Shown here: positions 54,178-63,944 of the stretch, piece after piece
Layout of the letters: each line of letters starts with the position of its first letter
Numbering within the stretch: position 1 is the first letter of the stretch
Assembly: GCA_963708135.1 (NCBI GenBank)
Contig: OY970192.1
Location: 2,880,001-2,944,000, forward strand
DNA length: 64,000 nucleotides
Origin: an uncultured Gemmatimonadales bacterium
GTDB lineage: Bacteria; Gemmatimonadota; Gemmatimonadetes; Longimicrobiales; RSA9
Direction: 5' to 3'
Program-made: the position numbers and the translations under genes
The notes under the pieces: generated by a model
The model's database searches: none
Seen by the model: only the letters and a program-made list of their open reading frames with translations
Told to the model about the DNA's origin: nothing

Positions 54178-54615
54178 ATGGCGCATGGATACGGGGCCAG
54201 GGTGCCGACGCTGGTGGCGAGGCACGAGGGCGCGATGAGGTTCTCGGCGGAGATCCGCGGGCACAAGGTGATGACGGACCAGCCGGCGCCGAGTGGCGGG
54301 GATGCGGCGGTGATGCCGCTGGAGCTGCTGGGCTCGGCACTCGGGACGTGCATCGCACTCTACGTGCACCATTTTCTGGCCTCCCGCGGCCTGCCGACCG
54401 AGGGGATGCGGACCGAGGTCGTGGCGCTGGGCGCGGCCAATCCGAGCCGGATCGGCCGCTACGAGGTCGAGGTCGTCCTGCCGGACGGTGTGCCGGAGAG
54501 CTACCGCCCGCTGATCGAGCGCGTCGCCCGGAGCTGCCCCGCCCACGCGACGCTGCAGCACCCGCCCGAGATCGCGATCGAGATCGCGGACCGGAGCGCG
54601 GCACAGGCTGGATAG
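54178..54615 (+). CDS. OsmC/YhfA family protein
   Basis: DQP...GG....PLELL..ALGTC; CPAHATL; GGAGG RBS. Confidence 0.9.
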   Translation: MAHGYGARVPTLVARHEGAMRFSAEIRGHKVMTDQPAPSGGDAAVMPLELLGSALGTCIALYVHHFLASRGLPTEGMRTEVVALGAANPSRIGRYEVEVVLPDGVPESYRPLIERVARSCPAHATLQHPPEIAIEIADRSAAQAG

Positions 54616-54630
54616 CGCCCGGCACGGGAC

Positions 54631-55047
54631 AGAGTGGGGGAGTGGGAGAGTGGGGGACGGGCCGACTTCCGCGAGCGCCGCGCATCACTCGGCCCAACGA
54701 ACGGCGAGAGTGGGGGAGTGGGAGAGTGGGGGACGGGCCGACTTCCGCGAGCGCCGCGCATCACTCGGCCCAACGAACGGCGAGAGTGGGGGAGTGGGAG
54801 AGTGGGGGACGGGCCGACTTCCGCGAGCGCCGCGCATCACTCGGCCCGGGAGACGCGCCCGGCGTAGGCAGGTCCAACGTGGGGGCGAGCGCCGGGATCG
54901 TCTTCCGCGCCCGGCAACCGGAGGAACGCCTCGCGGCCCGCCGCGTCCCCCACTCCCCCACTCCCCCACTCTAACTTCCTCCGCGCCCGGCAACCGGAGG
55001 AACGCCTCGCGGCCCGCCGCGTCCCCCACTCCCCCACTCCCCACCCC
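54631..55047 (+). repeat. GGGRGAGT-ended element with left arm x3 (76-bp period) and right arm x2 (76-bp period)
   Basis: Left units at 54631, 54707, 54783; right units at 54904 and 54980; homologous to the 45785 copy. Confidence 0.95.
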
Positions 55048-55050
55048 CAA

Positions 55051-55830
55051 TCACCCGGGCGCCGCGCGGGCCCTGCCCACCTCCCGGACACCGCCACGCG
55101 TACCCGCCCTACCCCCCGCCCGCAGCGCGATCGCGACGATCAGGAACGTCAGCAGACCGACGATGGCGCCGGCGACGATGTCGCTGGGCCAGTGGGCGCC
55201 GAGACGCAGCCGGCCCAGACCGACGGAGGCGCCGATCAGCAGCGCCAGGGTGAACGCCACGATCCGCTCGAGGACGGAGCGGGTCGAGCGCGCCCAGATG
55301 AGGGCGAGCGTGCTGTAGACGGCGAAGCTCTTGGCGGTATGGCCGGAAGGGAAGGAGGAGAAGCCCGGCGCGGCCGCGCCGCCGAGGACGAGCGTGGGCC
55401 GGGCCCGCGCCCAGACCAGCCAGGCCACGTTGGTGGCGCCGTAGGCGATGACGTAGGCGGCCAGGATGCTCAGGCAGTCGAGGGTCCGATGCCGGCGGGC
55501 GAGTGGCGGCATCGTGGCGAAGAGCACGGTGACGAGCGGGATGTCGGTGCCGAAGGTCTGGAGCCAGAGCGCGTTGTTGAAGGAGAACGGCACCCGGGCG
55601 AGGATCCGCCGGTCGAGCGCGGCCTCGCCGGGCATCGGCCCACCGCCGATGTAGTGCGCGCCGGCAGAGGCGACGAGAGCGAGCAGGATGCACAGCAGCA
55701 CGCCGCCGACGATGAGCGTCCAGAGCCAGGCGCGCCGCCCCTCCGGCGTCGCCTCGCGCCACCCCTCCCGCAGGCTCACGAAGAACCCCCGCGCCACCCG
55801 CGCCGACGCCCATCCCCCCTCCTGCCGCAT
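55051..55830 (-). CDS. PAP2 family membrane phosphatase
   Basis: RARP, SFPSGH, RLRLGAHWPSD; first motif Lys appears replaced. Confidence 0.88.
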   Translation of the reverse strand: MRQEGGWASARVARGFFVSLREGWREATPEGRRAWLWTLIVGGVLLCILLALVASAGAHYIGGGPMPGEAALDRRILARVPFSFNNALWLQTFGTDIPLVTVLFATMPPLARRHRTLDCLSILAAYVIAYGATNVAWLVWARARPTLVLGGAAAPGFSSFPSGHTAKSFAVYSTLALIWARSTRSVLERIVAFTLALLIGASVGLGRLRLGAHWPSDIVAGAIVGLLTFLIVAIALRAGGRAGTRGGVREVGRARAAPG

Positions 55831-56044
55831 GTCGTCCTCCCCGGCATCCCCGGATCGTGCGGAGCCCGCCCGCACCGCCGCGATGCGCGCCGACGCGCGC
55901 TCACGCGGCACGGGTCGGTCCCGCGCCGGCGCCCACCCCTTCAACGTGCGTGCCGCGGCGCTCTTCCCTTGATCCCGCGCGGCCGGGGGAGTAGCGTTGA
56001 GCGGCCGCTCCGCCGGTTTCCCTGTCCGACCATCCACGGCGACG

Positions 56045-58250
56045 ATGCCCGACCTCGACCTGCACCCGTCCAGGGCGGCCGCCGTGCCGTCCGCCGCCAC
56101 GCGCCTGCCCGACCGGCGGGCGTACGCGCTCGTTACCTTCGTGGGCGCCGCCCTGCTCTTCCTCGTGCAGCCGCTCATCGCCAAGGCGATCCTGCCGTGG
56201 TTCGGCGGCGTCCCGGCGGTATGGGCCACCTCGCTGGTCTTCTACCAGACGGTGCTGCTGGCGGGATACGCATACGCCCACGCCACGGCGCGGCTGCCGC
56301 GTCCGCGGCAGGGCTGGCTCCACGCGGGCATGCTCGCGGTCTCGCTCGCCTGGCTGCCGATCCTGCCGGCGGCGGCATGGAAGCCCGCCGGCGCCCTCGC
56401 CCCCGCGTGGCACGTTCTGGCGCTGCTCGCGGCCACGGTCGGCGTGCCCTACCTGGTGCTCTCGGCCACCTCTCCCCTGCTGCACGACTGGTACGGCCGC
56501 GCGGGCGGCGGGCGCGCCGCCTACCGCCTCTACGCCGTCTCGAACGCCGGCTCCCTGGTCGGCCTGCTCCTCTACCCGTTCGTGCTGGAGCCGCTCCTCG
56601 GAGTGCGGGCGCAGGCGCTCGCCTGGTCGGCCGCGTACTTGCCGTTCGCCGCCGCGTGCGCCGCGCTCTCGCTCCGCCGCCGCGCGCCGGGAGCCGGCGC
56701 CATGGAGGATTCGGCCGTCTCGGCGCCCGGCGCGGAAGCCGCCGGGATGTCCGCGGCCGGGGCGTCGCCGGAACGGCAGGCGACGCCGGCGGCAGCCGAG
56801 CCTTCCGCGCCCGCCGCAGGCGTCCCGGCTGCCGAGCGGGCGCTCTGGTTCGCGCTCGCGGCGTGCGGATCGGGGCTGCTCCTGGCCACCACCAACGCGA
56901 TCACCATGGAGATCGCCGCGGTGCCGCTCCTCTGGGTCCTGCCGCTCGTGCTCTACCTGCTGAGCTATATCGGCGCGTTCGGCGGGGCGTACCGGCGCCT
57001 GCTCTGGGCGCCCCTGCTCCCGCCGGGCCTGTTCGTGATGGCGCTGATCCTGAAGAGCGGGCCTGCGGTGCCGATCCTGAAGCAGGTCGTGGCCGCCTCG
57101 CTCGTGCTCCTCGTGGCGTGCATGGTGGTCCACGGCGAGCTGGCGCGGCGGGCTCCCGCGCCCGCCCGCCTGACCTCCTTCTACCTCACGATCTCCGCCG
57201 GCGGCGCCGTGGGCGGCGCGCTCGTGGCGCTCGGCGCGCCGCTCGTATTCCCCGACTTCTGGGAGCTGCCGCTCTTCCTGCTGCTCTCGTGGGCGCTGCT
57301 GCTGGCGGCGCTGTTCATGGACCCGGAGAGCCGGTTCCGGCGCGGTCCCCGTCGCCTGGCCTGGGCACCGCTCCTTGCCATCCTGGTCCTGGCGGGAGCG
57401 GCCTTCGCCGTGCCGCTGGAGCGGCGCGCGCGCGGCTCCATCGCCTCCGCGCGCGACTTCTACGGCCAGCTGCGCGTACTCGAGATGGGCCGCGGCACGC
57501 GCTGGGCCGCACGAATCCTCATGCACGGCAACATCCTGCACGGCGGGCAGATCCTCGACCCCGCCCGGCGCAACCTGCCCACCGCCTACTACGCGCCCGG
57601 CAGCGGCGTGGCGCTCGCCATCCGCGAGCACCCGGCGCGCGCCGCGGGGCGCCCGCTCCGCATCGGCGTGATCGGCCTCGGCACGGGGACGATCGCGGCG
57701 CTCACGTCGCCCGGAGACACGCTGCGCTTCTGGGAGATCGACCCCGAGGTCGAGCGCTTCGCCCGCCGCTACTTCACCTACCTCCGCGACTCGCCCGCCT
57801 CGACCGACGTCGTGCTCGGCGACGGCCGGCTCTCGCTCGAGCGTGGAGATGGCCGAGCCGGCCAGCCAGCACCGCTACGATGTCGTGGCCGTGGACGCCT
57901 TCTCGGGCGACGCCATCCCCGTCCACCTGCTTACCCGTGAGGCCGCCGCGCTCTACGGCACCGCGCTCCGCGACGACGCCATCCTGGCCATCCACGCGAC
58001 CAACCTCTACCTCGACCTGGGACCGGTCATCCGCGGCATGGGCCGCGCGCTCGGGATGGAGGTCGTCAAGGTGCAGCGCGCCGCGGACCCGACCATCGCC
58101 GCCACTCACAGCACCTGGTACCTGCTGACCCGCAACCAGGCCTTCCTCGCGCGCATCCGCGCCCGGACCACGCCGCCCGCCGGCCCGCGCGACCGGCGCG
58201 TGCGCGTGTGGACCGATGGCTTCAGCGACCTGCTGGAGGTCCTGCGCTGA
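56045..58250 (+). CDS. Fused MFS / spermidine synthase-like membrane methyltransferase; apparent +1 frameshift near 57845
   Basis: LLF.VQP.IAK..LPWFGG; Y.LYA.SNAGS; IGLGTGT; GDGRLSLER continues in the next frame as DAFSGDAIPVHLLTREA..WTDGFSDL. Confidence 0.85.
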
Positions 58251-58273
58251 GCAGGGCGCGGCCGCTTCGCGGC

Positions 58274-58546
58274 GAGAGTGGGGGAGTGGGAGAGTGGGAG
58301 ACGGGGCCCTCTTCCTGGAGCGCGCGGGTGCCGGGCCCGAGAGCGGCTCCCGGCGCACGCGGGAGCCGCGAAGGGGGCGCTTGGCGTAATCGTGATCACG
58401 GTCCCCCCCGGCGGACGCAGGAGATCGGCGCCGCTCGCACCGGCCGGGAAACGCCGGCGACCCCGGCGTACGCCGGCACCAGCGCCGCGCCCGGCTCCTC
58501 GAGGAGCGCCCCGGCGCCGGCCGCATCCCCCACTCCCCCACTCCCC
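58274..58546 (+). repeat. GGGRGAGT-ended intergenic element, single-arm copy
   Basis: Inverted octamer termini; arms homologous to the 15264 copy. Confidence 0.85.
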
Positions 58547-58627
58547 TCATCGAGCATCTGGTCGCCGCCAATACCCATGGCTACCTTGAAACGCCTTCAT
58601 TACTCACCCGCCACTCCCGGGGCTCCC

Positions 58628-61600
58628 ATGCGCACTCCCGCCCGCATCTCACTGCCTCCGTGCCTCCTCGCGCTGCTCCTCCCCGCCTCGCTGGCGGCGC
58701 AGGTGGACGCGCGCATGCTGCGCATGCCGGCCGTCTCGGCCGACCGCATCGGCTTCGTCTACGCCGGCAATGTGTGGATCGTGCCGAAGAGCGGCGGCAC
58801 CGCGGCGCGGCTAACCACGGCGCCGGGAGAGGAGAGCTTCCCGCGCTTCTCGCCCGACGGCGCGACGCTCGCTTTCAGCGGCAACTACGACGGCAACGAG
58901 GACGTCTACACGATACCCGCGGTCGGCGGGGTCGCGGCGCGCGTGACGCACCATCCGGCGCCCGACCGAATGGTGGAGTGGTCGCCGGATGGGAAGCAGC
59001 TTCTCTTCGCCTCCTCGATGACCAGCGAGAAGGACCGGTTCAACAAGCTGTTCCTGGTGCCGCGGGCGGGCGGGCTGCCGCGGGCGCTGCCGATGCCGTA
59101 CGGCGAGTTCGGCGCGCTCTCGCCGGACGGCGCCCGGATCGCCTACACGCCCGGGACGCGCGACTTCCGCACCTGGAAGCGCTACCGCGGCGGGCTCATG
59201 CAGGACATTTGGCTGTTCGACCTGAAGGCCGGGACGGCGCGCAAGCTGACGGACGGGCAGGCCAACTACACCTCCCCGATGTGGCACGGCTCGACCCTCT
59301 ACTTCCTCTCCGACCGCGGCCCCGACGAGCGCTACGAGATCTGGGCCATGGACCCGGCTGGCGGCACCATGCGGCAGGTCACGGACCTCGCTTACTACGA
59401 CGTGCGCTTCCCGTCCATCGGCCCCTCCGACATCGTGTTCGAGGCCGGCGGCCGGCTCTACCTGCTGGACCTCGCCACGGAGAAGACCCACGAGGTGAAG
59501 ATTGACGTGGTCACCGACCTGGCGTCGCTGCGGCCGCGCGTCGAGAACGTCGGCCACTCCATCGAGTCGTACTGGCTCTCGCCCACCGGCAAGCGCGCGC
59601 TCCTCGAGGCGCGCGGCGACGTCTTCACGGTGCCGGAGAAGGACGGCGTGGTGCGCGACCTCACGGCCACATCGGGCGTCGCCGAGCGCTCGCCGTCGTG
59701 GTCGCCGGACGGGAAGAGCGTGGCCTACTGGAGCGACCGGAGCGGCGAATACGAGCTCGCCCTGCGCCCCGCCGATGGCACCGGCGCGGAGCGAACGGCG
59801 ACGCACCTCGGCGCCGGGTTCCGCTACCATCCGTGGTGGTCGCCGGACTCCAGGCGCGTGGCGTTCATCGACCAGGCCATGAAGATCCACGTGCTCGACG
59901 TGCCGAGCGGACGGGACCGCGTGATCGACCACGCCAACTATTACACCCACGGCGCCGCGGCCGGCTGGCGGCCGAGCTGGTCCGCCGACTCGCGCTGGCT
60001 GGCCTACCAGCGCGACCTGCCCAGTCGCCGCGAGGCCGTCTTCCTCTACGACACGCGTGGCGGCACCCCGGCCCAGGCGACGTCGGGCTTCTACTCCGCG
60101 TCGAGCCCGGTCTTCGACCCCGAGGGAAAGTACCTCTACTACCTGTCCAACCAGGACATGGCGCCCGTCTACAGCAGCTACGACGGCACCTGGGTGTACC
60201 CGAACGCCACCGTCATCATGGCCGCCTCGCTGCGCCCGGACATCCGCTCCCCGATCGCGCCGAAGGATGACGAGGAGAAGGCCGCGGCGGATTCGGCCAC
60301 CGGCGGCGGGGGCAGCGCGAAGGCCGCCGCGAAGAAGGGCGGGGCCGCCCCGGGCGGCCCGGAGAAGGCGTCGCCTGCGCCTGTGGAGATCGAGCTCGCG
60401 GGGCTCGAGACGCGCGCGGTCGAGCTTCCCATCCCGGCGGGAAGTTACGGCACGCTGGCCGCCGCCAGGGGCCGGGTGGTCTACCTGCGCGAGCCGCGCG
60501 CGGGCGCGGCCGCCGCGCCGGACGGGGAGCGGGCCCCGCGCGGCGAGCTCGCCTACTGGGACCTGGGCGAGCGCAAGGAGGAGACGGTCGTCGACGGGAT
60601 CGGCGGCTACGAGCTCTCGGCGGACGGGCAGAAGGCGCTGGTCTCGGCGGGCGAGCGCTACGCCATCCTCGATCTCAAGCCGAAGCAGAAGATCGAGAAG
60701 CCGCTCGCCACGGCCTCTCTCGAGGTGACGGTCAACCCGCGCGCGGAGTGGAAGCAGATCTTCTCCGACGTCTACCGCTTCTACCGCGACTACTACTACG
60801 ACGCGGGCATGGAGGGCACCGACTGGGCGGCGGTGCGCGCGAGCTACGCGAAGCTGCTGCCGGACGTGCGCACCCGCGAGGACCTGAACTTCGTCATCGG
60901 CGAGATGATCGGCGAGCTGAACACCTCGCACACCTACCGCTTCGGCGGCGACGTCGAGCACGCGCCCTCGCGCAGCGTGGGCCTGCTGGGCGTGGACTTC
61001 TCGCTCGAGGACGGCGCCTACCGCGTGAAGCACATCGTACGCGGCGCGTCGTGGGAGGCCGAGGTGCGCTCGCCGCTGGATGCCACGGGCGTGAACGTGA
61101 AGGAGGGCGACTACATCCTGGCCGTCGATGGCCGGACGCTCGACCCCGCGGAGGATCCCTGGGCCGCCTTCGACGGGCTCGGCGCAAAGACCGTCGAGCT
61201 GCTCGTGAACGACCGCCCCTCCGCCGACGGCGCGCGCACAGTACTCGTGAAGACGCTCACGGACGAGCTCCGGCTGCGCAACCTCGAGTGGATCCAGAAG
61301 AAGCGCGAGCGCGTGGCCGAGGTCACCGGCGGCCGCGTCGGCTACATCTACGTGCCCAGCACGGGCATCGACGGGCAGGACGAGCTGGCCCGGCAGTTCT
61401 ACGGCCAGTTCGACAAGGAGGGGCTCATCGTGGACGAGCGCTTCAACAGCGGCGGACAGATCCCCGACCGCTTCGTCGAGCTGCTCGACCGGCCCGTGCT
61501 CAACTACTGGGCCGTACGCGACGGCCACGATTGGCAATGGCCGCCCGTGGCGCACAACGGCCCCTCGGTCATGCTCATCAACGGCTGGGCCGGCTCCGGC

Positions 61601-61978
61601 GGCGACGCGTTCCCCTACTACTTCCGCGCCCGCGGCGTGGGCCCGCTGGTCGGCACGCGCACCTGGGGCGGGCTCATCGGCATCAGCGGCGTCCCCTCGC
61701 TCGTCGATGGCGGCGGCGTGACCGTCCCGACGTTCGCCATCTACAGCACGGACGGGAAGTGGGTCATCGAGGACCACGGCGTGGATCCCGACGTGGTCGT
61801 GCCGGACGACCCGGCCGCCCAGGCCCGCGGCGTCAACCCGCAGCTCGAGGCCGGGATCCAGCAGGTCGAGAAGCTCCTCCAGTCGAAGCCGCCCGTCGTG
61901 GCGAAGCGGCCCGCGCCGGCCGACCGCTCGCGCCCGCGCGAGGGCCTCAAGGCCGCGCCGAAGCCCGACGGGCACTAG
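58628..61978 (+). CDS. Tricorn-like S41 protease
   Basis: Signal peptide, PD40 propellers (FSPDG/WSPDG), WKRYRGG, PDZ, D.RFNSGG, GSGGD, RTWGG. Confidence 0.96.
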   Translation: MRTPARISLPPCLLALLLPASLAAQVDARMLRMPAVSADRIGFVYAGNVWIVPKSGGTAARLTTAPGEESFPRFSPDGATLAFSGNYDGNEDVYTIPAVGGVAARVTHHPAPDRMVEWSPDGKQLLFASSMTSEKDRFNKLFLVPRAGGLPRALPMPYGEFGALSPDGARIAYTPGTRDFRTWKRYRGGLMQDIWLFDLKAGTARKLTDGQANYTSPMWHGSTLYFLSDRGPDERYEIWAMDPAGGTMRQVTDLAYYDVRFPSIGPSDIVFEAGGRLYLLDLATEKTHEVKIDVVTDLASLRPRVENVGHSIESYWLSPTGKRALLEARGDVFTVPEKDGVVRDLTATSGVAERSPSWSPDGKSVAYWSDRSGEYELALRPADGTGAERTATHLGAGFRYHPWWSPDSRRVAFIDQAMKIHVLDVPSGRDRVIDHANYYTHGAAAGWRPSWSADSRWLAYQRDLPSRREAVFLYDTRGGTPAQATSGFYSASSPVFDPEGKYLYYLSNQDMAPVYSSYDGTWVYPNATVIMAASLRPDIRSPIAPKDDEEKAAADSATGGGGSAKAAAKKGGAAPGGPEKASPAPVEIELAGLETRAVELPIPAGSYGTLAAARGRVVYLREPRAGAAAAPDGERAPRGELAYWDLGERKEETVVDGIGGYELSADGQKALVSAGERYAILDLKPKQKIEKPLATASLEVTVNPRAEWKQIFSDVYRFYRDYYYDAGMEGTDWAAVRASYAKLLPDVRTREDLNFVIGEMIGELNTSHTYRFGGDVEHAPSRSVGLLGVDFSLEDGAYRVKHIVRGASWEAEVRSPLDATGVNVKEGDYILAVDGRTLDPAEDPWAAFDGLGAKTVELLVNDRPSADGARTVLVKTLTDELRLRNLEWIQKKRERVAEVTGGRVGYIYVPSTGIDGQDELARQFYGQFDKEGLIVDERFNSGGQIPDRFVELLDRPVLNYWAVRDGHDWQWPPVAHNGPSVMLINGWAGSGGDAFPYYFRARGVGPLVGTRTWGGLIGISGVPSLVDGGGVTVPTFAIYSTDGKWVIEDHGVDPDVVVPDDPAAQARGVNPQLEAGIQQVEKLLQSKPPVVAKRPAPADRSRPREGLKAAPKPDGH

Positions 61979-63183
61979 TACTCAGCCATCATGATTGTGA
62001 GGACTAAAGTTCGGTGCTATATTGTTGGCCCATCTGTCGGACCCCCAGCGAGGAGGGCAGATGGCCAAGAAGTATATCGTGGACCTCACGGACGACGAGC
62101 GGGCCGAACTCAAGCGCCTGCTCCAGGGCGGCAAGGCGCGGGTGCGCCGGGTGAACCGCGCGCGCATCCTGTTGCTGGCCGACGAGGGCGTGACCGACAA
62201 GGCGATTGCGGCCGCGCTGCACCTGGGGAAGTGCACGGTGGAGCGCACGCGGCTGCGCTTCGTCGAGGGCGGTTTGGAGCGGGCGCTCAACGATCGGCCT
62301 CGGCCGGGCAAAGCCCGGCTGCTGGACGGCAAGCAGGAAGCCTTCCTGGTCGCGCTGGCGTGCAGCGCGCCTCCGGAGGGGCGCGTGCGCTGGACCATGC
62401 AGCTCCTGGCCGACAAGCTGATCGAGTTGCGTGTGGTGGACGCGATCACGGACGAGACGGTCCGACGGCTTCTAAAAAAAACGACCTGAAGCCCTGGCAG
62501 AAGGAAGCGTGGTGCATCCCGACGGTGAGTTGGGACTTCGTCTGCCGCATGGAGGACGTGCTCGACCTCTACCAGGAGCCCTACGACCCCCGGCGCCCGG
62601 TGGTGTGCTTCGATGAAGTGCCCTACCAGCTCATCGGGGAAACCCGCCTGCCGGTGCCGGCCGCTCCGGGTCGGCGCCAACGCGTCAACTACGAGTACGT
62701 GCGCCGCGGGACCGCCAACCTCTTCCTGCTCGTGGAGCCGCTGCGAGGCTGGCGGCATGTGGACGTCACCGCCCGTCGCACGAATGCGGACTTCGCCCAG
62801 CAGATGCGCGCACTGGTTGACGTGCATTGCGCGGACGCCGACAAGATCCGCGTCGTGCTCGACAACCTGAGCAGCCACACGGGCGCAGCCCTGTACGAGA
62901 CCTTCGAGGCCGCCGAAGCGCGCCGTATCCTGCGCAAGCTCGAGTTCCATTACACGCCCAAGCACGGGAGCTGGCTCAACATGGCCGAAATCGAGATCTC
63001 GATCCTCGGTCGCCAGTGCCTGCACCGCCGCCTTGACAACGTCAACCGGCTGCGGGCCGAGACCCTCGCCTGGGAGACCCCCCGCAACGCCGTCCGAGCT
63101 CCCACCACCTGGCGTTTCACTGTCTCCGATGCGCGATCCAAGCTCCACCGCCTTTACGCATCATGACCACTGTGGCGCGGTAC
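61978..63183 (+). mobile_element. IS630 family insertion sequence, 1206 bp, TA target duplication in CTAG
   Basis: TA at 61976-77 and 63184-85; imperfect terminal IRs GTACTCAGCCATCATG and GTACCGCGCCACAGTG; lower GC than flanks. Confidence 0.93.
62061..63166 (+). CDS. IS630 transposase, -1 frameshift at A8 (62474-62481)
   Basis: HTH part (RARILLLAD, RWTMQLLA) plus DDE part (CFDE, VLDNL, PKHGSWLNMAEIE). Confidence 0.92.
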
Positions 63184-63311
63184 TAGGCTCGGCTGGAGCT
63201 GGAGCGCCGCAGGTTCCCGCTTCCGCCGCCGCGCGCCGGGACATACCACGCCGGCGCTGCCGGACGCGGCCGGCCCGGCGGCCGATGCTGGACACCACAC
63301 ACCATCAGCGT

Positions 63312-63329
63312 TACCTTAGAGCTAAGATA
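63312..63329. promoter_or_regulatory. MhqR-type operator TACCTTAGA-GCTAAGATA upstream of the MarR gene
   Basis: 18-bp near-palindrome. Confidence 0.7.
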
Positions 63330-63347
63330 CCGCCACGGACCAGGACC

Positions 63348-63824
63348 ATGGACGACGACTCCCGACGTCTGCAGAACGAGAACAACCCCAGCCTCAAGCT
63401 CTGGGTCGTCCTCTCCCGCGCCGCCAGCGCCGTGGCCGCCCACGACCGCGCCTCCGTGGCCAGCCACGGGCTCACGCCCGCCGAGTTCTCGGTCCTGGAG
63501 GCGCTCTTCCACAAGGGGCCGCTCCTCCTCGGCGACGTGCAGAAGAAGATCCTCGTTTCGAGCGGCGGCATCACCTACCTCACCGACCGACTCGTAGCTC
63601 GCGGCCTCCTCGAGCGCCGGGCCTGCCCCTCCGACCGCCGCGCCACCTACGCGGCGCTCACCGGCGAGGGCGAGGCCCTCATGGGCAGGATCTTCCCCGA
63701 GCACGCCACCCGCCTGGAGCGTGCCCTCTCCGGCCTTTCCGATGAGGAGAAGCGGGACGCGATCGCGCTCCTCCGGAAGCTCGGCCGCAGCGCCGCCGCG
63801 AAGCCGCCGGGAACCGCGCGCTGA
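63348..63824 (+). CDS. mhqR: MarR family regulator, MhqR-like
   Basis: SLKLWVVLSRA..GL...EF.VLE.L.HKG..KIL.SSG.ITY..D.L..CP.DRR..IFPEH closely resembles Bacillus MhqR. Confidence 0.8.
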   Translation: MDDDSRRLQNENNPSLKLWVVLSRAASAVAAHDRASVASHGLTPAEFSVLEALFHKGPLLLGDVQKKILVSSGGITYLTDRLVARGLLERRACPSDRRATYAALTGEGEALMGRIFPEHATRLERALSGLSDEEKRDAIALLRKLGRSAAAKPPGTAR

Positions 63825-63847
63825 GTCGGCGTCTTCTTGTGGTGTAG

Positions 63848-63865
63848 TATCTCAGAACTGAGAAA
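63848..63865. promoter_or_regulatory. Second MhqR-type operator TATCTCAGA-ACTGAGAAA upstream of yceI
   Basis: 18-bp near-palindrome with the same consensus as 63312-63329. Confidence 0.7.
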
Positions 63866-63944
63866 CTCTGAGCCGAGGGAACGGGGGACGCGGCCCGCCC
63901 CGGATCTACCGGGCCGCAACCAGCAAGCCGAGTGGAGGCAGAAG

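Noticed and set aside
61991..63166. Single 391-aa transposase ORF from the track
   Set aside because: Its N-terminal third is out of frame; the real HTH starts at ATG 62061 and joins via the A8 run
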